Positions 12,001 through 18,600 of a stretch of 64,000 nt of DNA are shown here, piece after piece. The stretch covers positions 552 through 64,551 of the forward strand of contig JAPLDF010000042.1 in NCBI GenBank assembly GCA_026391835.1. The letters are read 5' to 3'. The translations under genes were made by a program, and so were the position numbers. Under the pieces are notes generated by a model that saw only the letters and a program-made list of their open reading frames with translations, had not been told where the DNA came from and ran no database searches. The stretch comes from Bacteroidota bacterium (GTDB lineage Bacteria; Bacteroidota; Bacteroidia; Bacteroidales; FEN-979). The number at the start of each line of letters is the position of its first letter. The stretch's first letter is position 1.

Positions 12001-13091
12001 GGATTTGCAATACTCACTCCCGGGCGACCGGATGTCTGAACCCAGGTGCCGGTTTCATTTGCATAAAGCGGGTTGTTGCCGGTAAGGACAAAATTTAGAC
12101 GTGTATCGCAAAAAACCTGGGCACCGCCTGCGCTGGCACCGGTAACACCACCGAGTGCATGGCTGACGGTAATCGTGTTGGTCGCTGTGCCATTGGCACA
12201 TGGGCCCGACACGGTCCATTGAACTGTGTAGGTACCTTCCACCAGGTTTGAAATAGAGGAGCTGTTTGAATTCGCATTTCCGAAAACAGGCGTGGATGGT
12301 CCGCTGATGAAGGTCCAGTGCCCGCTTTGCCCGCTAATTCCGCATCCCCCGAATGATCCGTTGAGTGTGGCGGATGTGGTGGCAGTATAACAACCTCCGA
12401 CAATGATCGGGGTACCAGCCGTAACCGGGCTGACCCCGCCGATGTTGGTGACGGTCATGTCATCAAAATCATAGCAACTGTTGGTTCCTGTAATGGTCCA
12501 TCGCAGTGTCGTTATACCGCAGGCATTCTGGGCGAGGGTAACCGTACTGTTCCTGGATGTTGGTGAATTGATTGTAACTCCATGGTTGGTGCCGACAACC
12601 TGCCATAAACCGCTTTCCCCGGCACCGGGAGCATTCCCGTTGAGGGTGAGAATATTAACCCCGGGGCATGAAATCAGGTCAGTTCCGGCAACCGAGGTCG
12701 TAATAGGCTTCACCTTCACCCACACGGAGTCATAAACCAGAGAACCATCCAGGCACTTGGCACTGAAATAAAACCAGTAAACCTGGTTCGAAACATAGCC
12801 GGTAACATTGGTATTAAAACTATATGGCGATACAATGTTCACCGACGGACCGCTTTTTTGACTCCAATGGATATCCCCGCCTCCGGCCTGGTAAAGTCCG
12901 GATGAGTTCCCGTGCAAAAGCATCGGCTGGTTTACGCATATGGAATCGGGTATGCCTGCATTCACAGTACAATTCTGCGAACGAACTTCATTGTTGAACA
13001 AGGGCATCATGAATGCCCAAATCGCCATGGTAAGGATTATCTGAAACTTACGTGTTTCAATAATGCCAGATAATTGTAATAATTGTTTCAT
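1..13091 (-). CDS. Giant repetitive secreted cell-surface (adhesin-like) protein; N-terminal >=4,363 codons, C-terminus lies beyond window start
   Basis: Not in the supplied ORF track because it has no stop in the window. Manual translation of the minus frame (codon first bases at positions = 2 mod 3) from ATG 13091 gives MKQLLQLSGIIETRKFQIILTMAIWAFMMPLFNNEVRSQNCTVNAGIPDSICVNQP... Spot translations of 13091-12100, 9479-9421 (PLAGDDQLWCNSANSATLAG) and 4439-1 (...NAGPDASICEGIAYAITGA...NYTSILWTTSG) show no stop. Every listed minus-strand ORF >=60 aa in 1-13091 is in one of the other two frames. The N-terminus looks like a signal peptide and is followed by Cys-paired beta-sandwich-type modules. 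Confidence 0.85.
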   Translation of the reverse strand, partial: MKQLLQLSGIIETRKFQIILTMAIWAFMMPLFNNEVRSQNCTVNAGIPDSICVNQPMLLHGNSSGLYQAGGGDIHWSQKSGPSVNIVSPYSFNTNVTGYVSNQVYWFYFSAKCLDGSLVYDSVWVKVKPITTSVAGTDLISCPGVNILTLNGNAPGAGESGLWQVVGTNHGVTINSPTSRNSTVTLAQNACGITTLRWTITGTNSCYDFDDMTVTNIGGVSPVTAGTPIIVGGCYTATTSATLNGSFGGCGISGQSGHWTFISGPSTPVFGNANSNSSSISNLVEGTYTVQWTVSGPCANGTATNTITVSHALGGVTGASAGGAQVFCDTRLNFVLTGNNPLYANETGTWVQTSGRPGVSIANPTNPITGVTITNPTGSYTFSYTIVNSLTGCSSSASTSVTYNVNPTISLDATPVLPCDDSIATITYSLTGGGSLEWSIVSGPTNWYYPTIPTGWFAATTSPQLIYHLSGDGTYVIRFRVVPGSGNACTTVTQEVSVTTSHSPTHANSGTPQILGCNITSTSMAGNFISHGTGTWTFVSGPSVPVFGDIHNPSSPISGLIPGRPYRLRWLVSGGPTCPTFQSDTRIIVANGAPSTAAAGPDSTICNYFPYRMLGNVPALNEVGTWTVSPAGPTFLPDSHAPNAVLSNLAAGQVYTFTWTISNACSSSADICLLTTTGGVDPLIANAGPDQCNALGTSVVTLHGNDPNPYNGLWTKLTGPGTVTFADPTAYLTQASGLANGTYTFEWQISYPGCGSTRDTVMITIANHVTPSNAGADRTICGTTLNLAGNAPAAGETGRWIQTVGPGGAVIVDTALYNSLVTNLTNGVYQFNWIISSGACGTSVDSVKFYISVPSTPAYAGPDQLICGPNPLSVLMAATPAAVGTAFWSMVSGPNTPTFSSITDPAATVSNLISGTYIFKWTTAGGPYCPISEDLVTINVGESANAGADQLLCAVTQTNLVGNIGSNGVWSQSKLNPLPPYNATILTTSPNSATVSGLLTGTYTFLYTIGGGLCPNSVDSMQVIISGQPSPAQAGPDQFVCNLSSLILAATQPLIGTGTWTKLYPTGGGGSFSPDNHAYNAVFNGAVGGQLYIFRWTVADGGCSNADEVRIENYGVTTPCDAGPAQDICGTMTNMAATLAAHGVGTWTQVSGPPATIVSPNLNTTQVTGLALETSSVFRWTVKNGVCDSCTSVVTLTTHEEPTAPLAGDDQLWCNSANSATLAGNQLSFGTGTWSQIGTTPNLAVITDPSLYNTTVTGLIPGVYTFRWTSQLGTCSAFDDMQITIYATPSTANAGGDATICLFQPVTLTGNALAAGETGLWTQLPGGPSTAFILNPTSPVTNVTNMVVGIYQFKWTITVNPACPSSEDITEVTISSIPSNAIAGPNQILCNTQVSATMHATTPITGTGTWSQVGITPAVAIIANPNQSNTLVTNLGAIGTYIFKWTVSTGDPTCDKTDIMQITKYSDVVVAGPNDVTICNGGTATVSVSASGGSGVYTYQWDYSTTDSPYDWHAITGATNASYTTPALTSDIWYHCTVECGSVVTPAAHVIVNPDPGISVQPVGGVSCLGVPTVLSVSVTGGTGTFSYQWERSAGTCAAPFWVPISGANASTYSASPGLTTSYHVLVSQTGNGCNSLTSDCITLTVPRILTHPTGTTLCEGGTHSMTISADAGGATLSYQWQEASAAGGPWADVTTGTGGNSTTYITDALTTGNHYYKCVISVTSPYCADMITNSALVQVLADPAFTLQSSDVSMCQGGTASLSVTVTGGLGAFSYQWQQSNGDCTGTWSNILGATTNSYSTGQLNTPNTYYYQCIVSQTGVGCGPVVSRCIKVTVAGDPTITTPPVGATICYNGSHTMSVVVDGGTGTLSYQWQNSTGTCASPTWSNIFGATQSSYTATSVQATTSYHVLISQDGVACNSLTSGCVTVYIPHIVTNPTSASICNGGTATLSTTVTSDGGTATYTYQWQECTTFGGIYANVVGGTGANSPTYTTAALSTTNYYKCVITVSNPTCSDLITSVATVTVVADPIISTQPVGNIICSGGNFTMSVVASGGTPVLVYQWQKSIDGINGWTTVGTNSASYNTGAIIADTYYRVIISATGNGCDATTSTTALVTVNNLTPGSIATDQTICVNDDPLAFTSVDATGDGIITYQWEKSVTSPGTSGFSIIAGATNSTYDEVPLIADAWYRRVATSTLTGVPCTATTNTLHIWVNNLTPGVIQSSQTICSGSNATQFTNLTVPVSDGALSYQWQSSLTGSLGSFTSITGATNATYTALALTADTWYQRITTSTLNTKPCSEITNILRVTVNNLDPGAISAAQTICATQTPAPFTNDITGTGDGTITFQWESSITGPGSGFGTIAGATNAAYAPGPISVDTWFRRRTRSFLNSVNCDGFTSVVKINVNTVTGGTIAAAQTICSGGDPAAFTNSPAPSGEGVLTYQWQDSPTGLAGSFTSISGATNVTFDPGVLTADTWYQRITTSTIGGDPVICSATSNILRVLVNNVTPGSIAGDQTICTGGIPATLTSVSAGAGDGTITYQWQSSPNGTTFSNISGATGANYTAVAALIANTWYHRVATSTIGGDPVTCQAISNNVMITVIPDPVITIEPSDITICSGTATTMSVTVTGGIGSYGYQWQTGTGPCNGTNWSSILGATDLNYTTLNLTQTTIYRVLVTQTGLGCGPLTSRCVTVSVPRITAQPAGTTLCAGGTHTMNVTIDGGSATLAYQWQVSTLDCAFGYFDITGATNASYTTTTLPSGTRYYRCVISVTNPACATLYTTCAQVIVVDDPGISVQPLGTTLCSGSSHTMSVTVTGGTGAFSYQWQSNTSGCGSTFNNIGGATTSSYTAASMTTTTYYQVLISQTGVGCNSMISGCATITVINPPTAAAGSNATICETTASYTLSGSSATNYASILWSTSGTGAFNNAATLHPVYTPSPADIAAGTVTLTLNVTANSPCANTSASMILTIQHQPVANAGPDVTRCASALSYTVTGATSTYASTLSWSKGLGSGILTNASTISPTYTFGAGETSVTLTLTASPAGGSQCSAAIDAMVITIVPAATASAGTDATMCETAVNYTLSGSSATNYASLLWSTSGTGAFNNAGNLHPVYTPSPADIAAGTVTLTLNVTANSPCANTSASMTLAIQRQPVANAGPDVSRCASALSYTVTGATATYATTLSWSKGLGSGVLTNANTISPTYTFGVGESSVTLTLTATPAGGSLCSPATDAMVITIVPAATAVSGGNATICQTSTYLLISATATNYTTLLWTTSGDGYFNNNQSLNPIYTPGISDIALGHADLTLTATGTSPCAAAASTMRLTILPSPVVNAGVDGNMCSVSGSYTVSGATASNYSALLWTHNGTGHLTNATGLTPTYTFGLNETGPVTLTITATGNTPCGNASDQMVLTIVPGPIVNAGPDGETCQTTSHTISGAIAYNYTSILWTHNGLGTLTNATTLTPTYAPAPAESGPVNLTMTVTGNSPCSGAFDVMVLTITPRPIIDAGIGAPSGGVTCESKPFTITGATATNVASILWTAPGPGTLTNATTLSPTYTPAAGQTGFVTLTLTGKGLGTCSDVSDQVILEFKQSAIISTQPAGAAICRGTTHTMIVSASGGTGTLSYQWQQSSTGNAGSYSDITGASNTSYTTPTMNVLGSTWYHCVITQNGSPCDPLVSAPAKCEVGACCPVTYSERNVYVCKNSTNFPVDVLLNGDYSPEGLPLHVNQTPVSNPAHGTISWLSGSTFVYTPTSGYTGTDRVIIGICDNAAPVPCCTNDTIFYNIVQAVTADPGVNQLLCNQYMTFLTGNWPPAGSTGNWTLVSKPAGSPAVTMGPSNSPMASVAGLTTSTTPYVFRYTITTTFGSITCTDHADITVTNYHSPSSPFAGNDQKLCLSATTVSATLTGNIPIYGNGYWQLVSIPAGGTTPIIASPSSPTTLVTNLSAGTYTFSWGIYNGVCDTIKDMSDVTIYPPCDVEAGAAGTICQGSTYTLNGSSALNCGSMMWGTNGSGYFSDPTALHPIYTPGASDITHGSVVLYVKCSSCCGIPCPGDSSAMTLTIVKSPTAFAGQNASICDVSEYTLSESTATNYASLLWTSPTGGTFTPDATSLHPTYTPTATDIANGSVTLTLKSIANTPCPDVTSNMVLTIWSSVVASSLTPASICEGSDYPFGGVTALNYTAINWTTSGTGTFSNPGILNPIYTPGTADVLAGTVTLTLNLTGHSPCAGTTRTMVLTIVAAPVANAGPDASICEGIAYAITGASKQNAPTVLWTFTPSGAGVLANAGTMLPTFTPAAGFTGDVTLTLTATGNAPCGAATDHMILTVMPGPTANAGLDATVCKGSAYTVSGAMAYNYTSILWTTS
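3363..4430 (-). repeat. Two near-identical 534-bp tandem units (each = two 89-aa modules) inside the giant CDS
   Basis: Anchor strings recur at exactly +534 bp: tccgaatgtataggttggggaaat at 3471 and 4005; gtcgaccagag at 3799 and 4333; conserved Cys codons at 3333, 3867 and 4401. The translated units are about 90% identical (…SAGTDATMCETAVNYTLSGSSATNYASLLWSTSGTGAFNN… versus …AGSNATICETTASYTLSGSSATNYASILWSTSGTGAFNN…). Confidence 0.8.
4440..8650 (-). repeat. About 15 tandem Ig-like coding modules (period about 285 bp), each with a (Y/F)QW(Q/E) motif
   Basis: The plus-strand signature ccactggta / ccattgata (reverse complement encodes YQW) recurs near 4613, 4897, 5170, 5460, 5753, 6040, 6330, 6615, 6897, 7185, 7470, 7755, 8045, 8320 and 8590, spaced 270-293 bp. 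Confidence 0.7.
8650..13000 (-). repeat. Coding modules of about 270-290 bp with the motif AGxDQxxC...L.G/AN...G.W (roughly 15 copies, PKD/Ig-like)
   Basis: Translated examples: NAGIPDSICVNQPMLLHGNSSG..IHWSQKSGPS, VAGTDLISCPGVNILTLNGNAPGAGESGLWQVVG, PLAGDDQLWCNSANSATLAGN. The copy number is estimated from periodicity and was not counted exactly. Confidence 0.5.
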
Positions 13092-13941
13092 ATTGCCTGG
13101 ATTTGAAAAGTGATTGAAAATCGGAGGGATGTTATTTGTATCGATTGTTTCTGAATTATTCGTTTTACGACAGAACACCTGTCAGGTTACGCTATGGTAG
13201 ATTTAAAACACAACAATTTCATCTTAGATATAAGTTTATGAATTAGTTGAAAATTTTTGTATCAATTCAACATCTGGTTTAAAAATTAAAGCAGATGGAT
13301 ATGTCGGCATGCAATTAATGATGAACACGACTTAAATCGTCTTTCGTATACGCCTAACGCACAGACATTTAAAAATATTAAAGCAACCAGAATTGTAAAT
13401 TTAAGCCGCTAAGTTAATATAAAAACCGCTATTAAAACATAAGAGCCTAACAAAATCGAACATATGTGCGATTATTTCACATTAAAACCCGTTTTCAACA
13501 GGATCGACCTGGGAAAAAGTTCAGCTATTGAAAAAAATACGATTTTAACATGTTCGCATTTAGGCATATACCGTATTTTATTGGAGGTTGTTTTCACTTA
13601 TCATGCTTTCCTGCACACATGTTGCAGAATTGTTGCCCTTTTTTAATTTTAGCCATCCCCCGGTCAGCGTATTTTGCCGTTTTTGGTGTTAAAAATTTCA
13701 CCTTCTGCATGTTTTCATTCACCAGTTCCGGTTTTGGCATTCACCCCTGTATCCCCGACTTCCCAATTTTCCCCACTTTTCAGAGCACCGCTTTTACAGG
13801 ATTTGGAGACAAATCATAAAAAATGTTTGCCATTTTGACTAATTTTACCATAACATTTTTTTCAAAAAAAATTAATTCTGCAATAATTCAGACGAAATCC
13901 TTGCCGGGGAAGGAGAGGCCATGGTCTGCAATAAATTTTCA

Positions 13942-13949
13942 TACTTTTG
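13942..13949 (+). promoter_or_regulatory. Candidate Bacteroidota -7 box TACTTTTG upstream of the DUF1566 gene
   Basis: Exact match to the TAnnTTTG consensus, 44 nt upstream of ATG 13993. Confidence 0.4.
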
Positions 13950-13992
13950 CACCCGGGTACATAACTGAAATCAACACGATAAAAATTACACC

Positions 13993-14598
13993 ATGATGAA
14001 TAAATCTATTGGATCTCTCCTGGTTTTCTTCCTTTGTTTCCATTCCGTTTATAAAATTCATGCGCAGGATAAAAGCCATGAAACCATATCGGTGAATACT
14101 GCAGCAGGAAAACATGTACCCGGTGATAATTTTGGTGGCGGAAAGATTTTCTGGCTGGATGAAACAGGACAGCATGGCCTGGTCGCTGCACCAACAGATC
14201 AAAGCGCCGGTGGTATTGCCTGGAATCCCGGGAAAGCCATTGTATCCGGGGCCAGTGAGGATGTTCTTTATTCCGGTCAAAAAAACAGCGAGAAAATAGT
14301 TGCCGTTCAGGGCAATACCTTGCAATATGCTGCAAAACTCTGCCTTGACTTTTCAACCACGGTAAATAATGTTGTCTACAGCGATTGGTACCTGCCTTCC
14401 AGGTTTGAACTGAACCTGCTTTACCAGCAAAAAACTGCTGTTGGCGGATTTAACCAAACCAGCGGGATTTACTGGAGTTCTACTGAAAGTGCCTTAACAC
14501 CCGGAACCATGGCCTGGGAGCAGGAGTTCAAATTCGGCTCACAACATGAAGATGATAAAGACCTGCCCGATCAGGTCAGGTGCATCAGGAAGTTCTGA
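13993..14598 (+). CDS. Secreted DUF1566 (Lcl C-terminal-like, lectin-fold) domain protein
   Basis: Signal peptide MMNKSIGSLLVFFLCFHSVYKIHAQ. Motifs YSDWYLPSRFELNLLY, IYWSSTE and VRCIRKF are typical of DUF1566. Confidence 0.7.
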   Translation: MMNKSIGSLLVFFLCFHSVYKIHAQDKSHETISVNTAAGKHVPGDNFGGGKIFWLDETGQHGLVAAPTDQSAGGIAWNPGKAIVSGASEDVLYSGQKNSEKIVAVQGNTLQYAAKLCLDFSTTVNNVVYSDWYLPSRFELNLLYQQKTAVGGFNQTSGIYWSSTESALTPGTMAWEQEFKFGSQHEDDKDLPDQVRCIRKF

Positions 14599-14615
14599 AC
14601 ATCCGGCAGCCCTGC

Positions 14616-15317
14616 CTAATCGGCAACACACCTTACCGAAATCCCCGTGCTCTTATAGTTCAGGTACCTGCCAATTCCCTCCCTGGCATTGAAAAGTGTG
14701 CGGATCCAGACATCGGTTTCATTTTCCGGTGTTGAAGACCAGAAATAACCTATTACCTGGATTTTATCGAAATAATAACTGCCGGTGGCATAGCTATAGC
14801 CTCCTGGCAATGCAGTAAATCCGCTCTGGTTGGTTGCACCGAAGTTGGGCAGCTTGAAATGGGTATCACCAGGCTCTTTCATCCGCTTGCCTGCTGACAC
14901 ATCACCCCCGAGAAAAGCAACGAGGGTATCCCATTCTTCATCGGCAGGTACATGCCATCCTGCCGGACAGATGCCCTTTGCCTTTGGGGTTCCTGTATAT
15001 TGCATTGCCTCGTTCCATTGATACAATCCGCCGTAAACATTGCAATTTTCCTCAAGGTTCCCGTAGCAGAACTTCTCGATGATATTGTTGTTGGCTTGCT
15101 TATGGTCCCCCCTGATACGGGTTCCCGTGTTGAGATTTTCCTTTAGCCAGCATTGGCTGCCGATCTGAACCGTTCCATAAATCTTCCCGTCACGGGAATC
15201 TTTCAGGCTATCGCCGCAAACAAACTTTGGCTGCCCGGGATTGTTACCGGATTGCTGGGTAAAAGCAGGCAAAACCATTGCTATGAACAACATCAGAATC
15301 AGAAAACATGTTTTCAT
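14616..15317 (-). CDS. Secreted Fibrobacter succinogenes major paralogous (FISUMP, TIGR02145-type) domain protein
   Basis: Signal peptide MKTCFLILMLFIAMVLPAFTQ. Motifs YGTVQIGSQCWLKENL, GGLYQWNEAM, CPAGWHVPADEEWDTL, NQSGFTALPGG, FWSST and SVRCVAD. Confidence 0.8.
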   Translation of the reverse strand: MKTCFLILMLFIAMVLPAFTQQSGNNPGQPKFVCGDSLKDSRDGKIYGTVQIGSQCWLKENLNTGTRIRGDHKQANNNIIEKFCYGNLEENCNVYGGLYQWNEAMQYTGTPKAKGICPAGWHVPADEEWDTLVAFLGGDVSAGKRMKEPGDTHFKLPNFGATNQSGFTALPGGYSYATGSYYFDKIQVIGYFWSSTPENETDVWIRTLFNAREGIGRYLNYKSTGISVRCVAD

Positions 15318-15560
15318 AAACCATTTTTTTTGATTAAACCGGGAATCGCTTCATCTTTCTATCTCAATATTAAGAATATACCCTCTTTTATGAAGTTATA
15401 ATTGAGAGCCTTATAAAATTCCATAGTACAAATTTAAATAATATTAATTCCTGATATCCATTATAAATCTAAAATTATTTCAGGTTGCTGTTAATCGAAT
15501 CCTGCCATAAAAATCATTTCAACGAACCATGCGGGGATATTGTCTCATGGATATCATCGG

Positions 15561-15598
15561 ATAAAATATAAAAACCCCTGTTCATTGCTGAACAGGGG
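15561..15598 (-). terminator. Rho-independent terminator downstream of the 1,761-aa gene
   Basis: Perfect 10-bp stem cccctgttca (15575-15584) / tgaacagggg (15589-15598) with loop ttgc. On the minus strand it is followed by TTTTTATATTTT. It lies 55 nt after the stop codon. Confidence 0.75.
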
Positions 15599-15652
15599 CG
15601 GGGAACAGGATGATCGGATTAGTGAAAAATGAGCAGTATGAGTAATCCCGGG

Positions 15653-18600
15653 TTAATTTTTCAGACAACGTACCGGATTACCGGTCGATTTGAGGTTATA
15701 ATAACTTCCAAGGGAGGCAACTGACAGTGAAACACTCCGGAACACAGGCCCGTTGGGCGATGCGTAATCTGTGGATGTATGAAAGTAGCCGGTCTGGTAA
15801 ATGTTCGTATAAAAGATGCTGCCACCATAGTTGTAGCTGCTTCCGCCGGGTAATGCGGTGAATCCGTATTCGTTGGTTGCACTTGTATTGGGGGCCCTGA
15901 AATGACTGGTTCCGGCCTCCTTCAGTTTTCCACCTGCAACAGAAATTCCGCCGGCATAGGTAGCAAGGGTGATAAACTCAGCTTCGGTTGGGATGTGCCA
16001 GCCCGACGGACAGATCCCCTGTGTTCCGGGAGTGGTAACATATTGCATCATTTCATTCCACTGGTACAAACCTCCGTACATGTCGCAATTGATTAAAGAA
16101 TCATTGTAACAGTATTTTTCAACAACTGCGTTGTTGGTTTGTGCTACAGTGATGTTCAGTTTGGTTCCAAGGTTAATATTCTCCCTCAGCCAGCATTGTG
16201 TCCCGATTTGAACGGTATTGTAGGTCAGTCCGCCGTAAGAAACCGTTGGCAGACCGGTACAGGCAGTCCCTGTTGTATAAACAACCATGGCAAGCCTGTT
16301 GGAAGAAGCGGGGTTATTTGACAAACATGACACACTGTAGTTCGAGGTCACCACACAGGTTACTTTGTCATAATTTGCTGGTGTATAAGTATAGGTGCTG
16401 CTGTTTGTTCCGACGGCAACATTGTTCACTTTCCACTGGTAAACAGGCGAGGTGCCGCCGTTTTCGACAGTTGCAGTGAAGGTGACCTGCGTTCCCGGCA
16501 TAACTGCATATAATGAAGCTACAATCGATGCCTTTACAGGTACAAGGGGGTTGACAGTCATGTTTATTACGTTGGAGGTTGCAGGATTGCCGGTTGCACA
16601 GGGGGCGTTGGAAGTAGCAACACATGAGATTGCATGGTTATTGAGCGGAACATAGGTATAGGTGGCATTGGTTGCCCCGATTATGATATTTCCGTTCAAT
16701 TTCCACTGATAGGTGGGTGCAGTTCCGCCATTGACGAGGGTTAAGCTGAACGTAACCGCGCTGCCCGTGCAGGAAGGGTTGGCTGAAGCGGTGATGGTGA
16801 GGCTGACCGGTAATAGCGGGTTAACTGTCATGGCAACTACATTGGAAAAAACTGAACTGTTTGAAGGACAGAGTGCATTTGATGCCAGTTCGCATTTGAC
16901 CGCATCACTGTTGGCAGGGATATAGGTATAAGCGGCATCGGTTGCTCCCGTTACAATTGTTCCGTTCACAAACCATTGATATGCCGGTGATGTACCTCCG
17001 TTGCCAATGGTCGTCGTGAATGTAACGCTGGTGCCTGCACAAACATTATTGGCCGATGGCGTTACTGTAATCGTGACAGGTAATATGGGATTTACTGTAA
17101 TTGTGTCTGCAATTGAGGTAGCAGGGCTTCCAATGGCACATGGCGCATTTGAAGTCAGGACGCAGAGTACTTTATCTCCATTAACTGGCACATAGGAATA
17201 AACCGGGTTGTTTTCTCCAACATTTGCACCATTTATCTTCCACTGGTAATCAGGAAATGCACCTCCATCTATGGGTGTGGCAGTGAATTCAACCAGGGTT
17301 CCTGCACAAACAGCACCTGCAGGAACTGCAGCAACAGTTACAGATGTATTGCCGGGACTTGGGTTCACCATCATGGTATCGGCATTGGATGAAGCAGGAT
17401 TGTTGCTCACATAGGGCAGGCTTGATGTCATCTCACAATGAATCACATCACCGTTTTGCGGGGCATAAATGTATGTTGCACTGTTGGATCCAACACTGTT
17501 GCCATTCACTTTCCACTGGAACAATGGGGAGTTTCCTCCGTTCACCGGGGTTGCAGTTACTGTTACTAGGGCACCCTGGCACATTGCATCTTCAGGGTTA
17601 CATATAATACTTACACCGGCTGAAAGCGCAGGGTTGACGATGATGGTAACCGTATTTGTCGGCAAAGATCCGCCACATGTTCCTGTGGCATTTTGTAGTT
17701 GCCTGTAATAGGTGGTTTCTGTCAGCGGACCAGCCTGGTAATTGAGTGAAGTTGCACCCGGAATATCACTGAAAGTGATGTTGTCCGTTGAAAACTGCAT
17801 CTGGTAAACCGGTGATGTTCCGTTTGACGGCGGTACCCCGATCAATTCGGCCGGGGTCATGCCCACAACAATCGTCTGATCTCCGCTGATCGAGCCAGCC
17901 ACGAGCCGCGGGGTAACCGTCATGGATTCTTCGTTCGAAAATGCAGGATTACCGCTAGTGCATTGTATATTCGAGGTGAGCGTGCACGTAACCTTGTCAT
18001 TGTTTGAAGGTACATAGGTAAAATGGTCGCTGCTGGTACCGGCATTGCTGCCATTCACCTTCCACTGGTAGGCTGGGATGGTGCCGCCATTGACAGGGAT
18101 CGCGATAAACGTAACTGATGTTCCCTGGCAAACCTGGTTTTCAGATGCGGTAATCGTAGCACTTACAGGAAGTAGAGGATTGATACCTAAAGCAATGACA
18201 TTCGAGATACCTGGATTTCCTGTTGGGCAGGCAACACTGGAAGTGAGCGTACATTTGATTTGTACAGGATTCACTGCTACGAAGGAGTATGTTGCATTGG
18301 TAGCACCCGGAATATCTTCGTCGTTCGTCATCCACTGGTATGCCGGTTGGGTACCACCGTTTACCGGGATAGCCGTGAACGTAACATTTGTTCCGGCACA
18401 AACAGGATTCACGGGTGTAGAAATCGAAACACTCACCGGCAGCAATGGGTTCACTGTCATGGTTACCGGATTCGAAACAACCGGATTGGCGCTCGGACAG
18501 GTAACATTTGCTGTCAATTCGCATTTTACGAGGTCACCGGAAACAGGGATATAGGAATAGGTTGCATTGGTCTCGCCTGGTTTGTCAAGGCCGTTCACTT

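Noticed and set aside
1-13091. Because the track shows no long ORF here, I considered non-coding satellite DNA, a decayed pseudogene or a reassigned stop codon.
   Set aside because: Under the standard code, one minus-strand frame is open in every stretch I translated. It yields a coherent signal peptide and modular repeats. The ORF is simply unterminated within the window.
13464-13819. 60-aa and 89-aa ORFs in the 900-bp spacer between the giant gene and the DUF1566 gene.
   Set aside because: Their composition is Phe/Cys/His-rich and driven by AT-rich DNA. They overlap each other and show no supporting signals.
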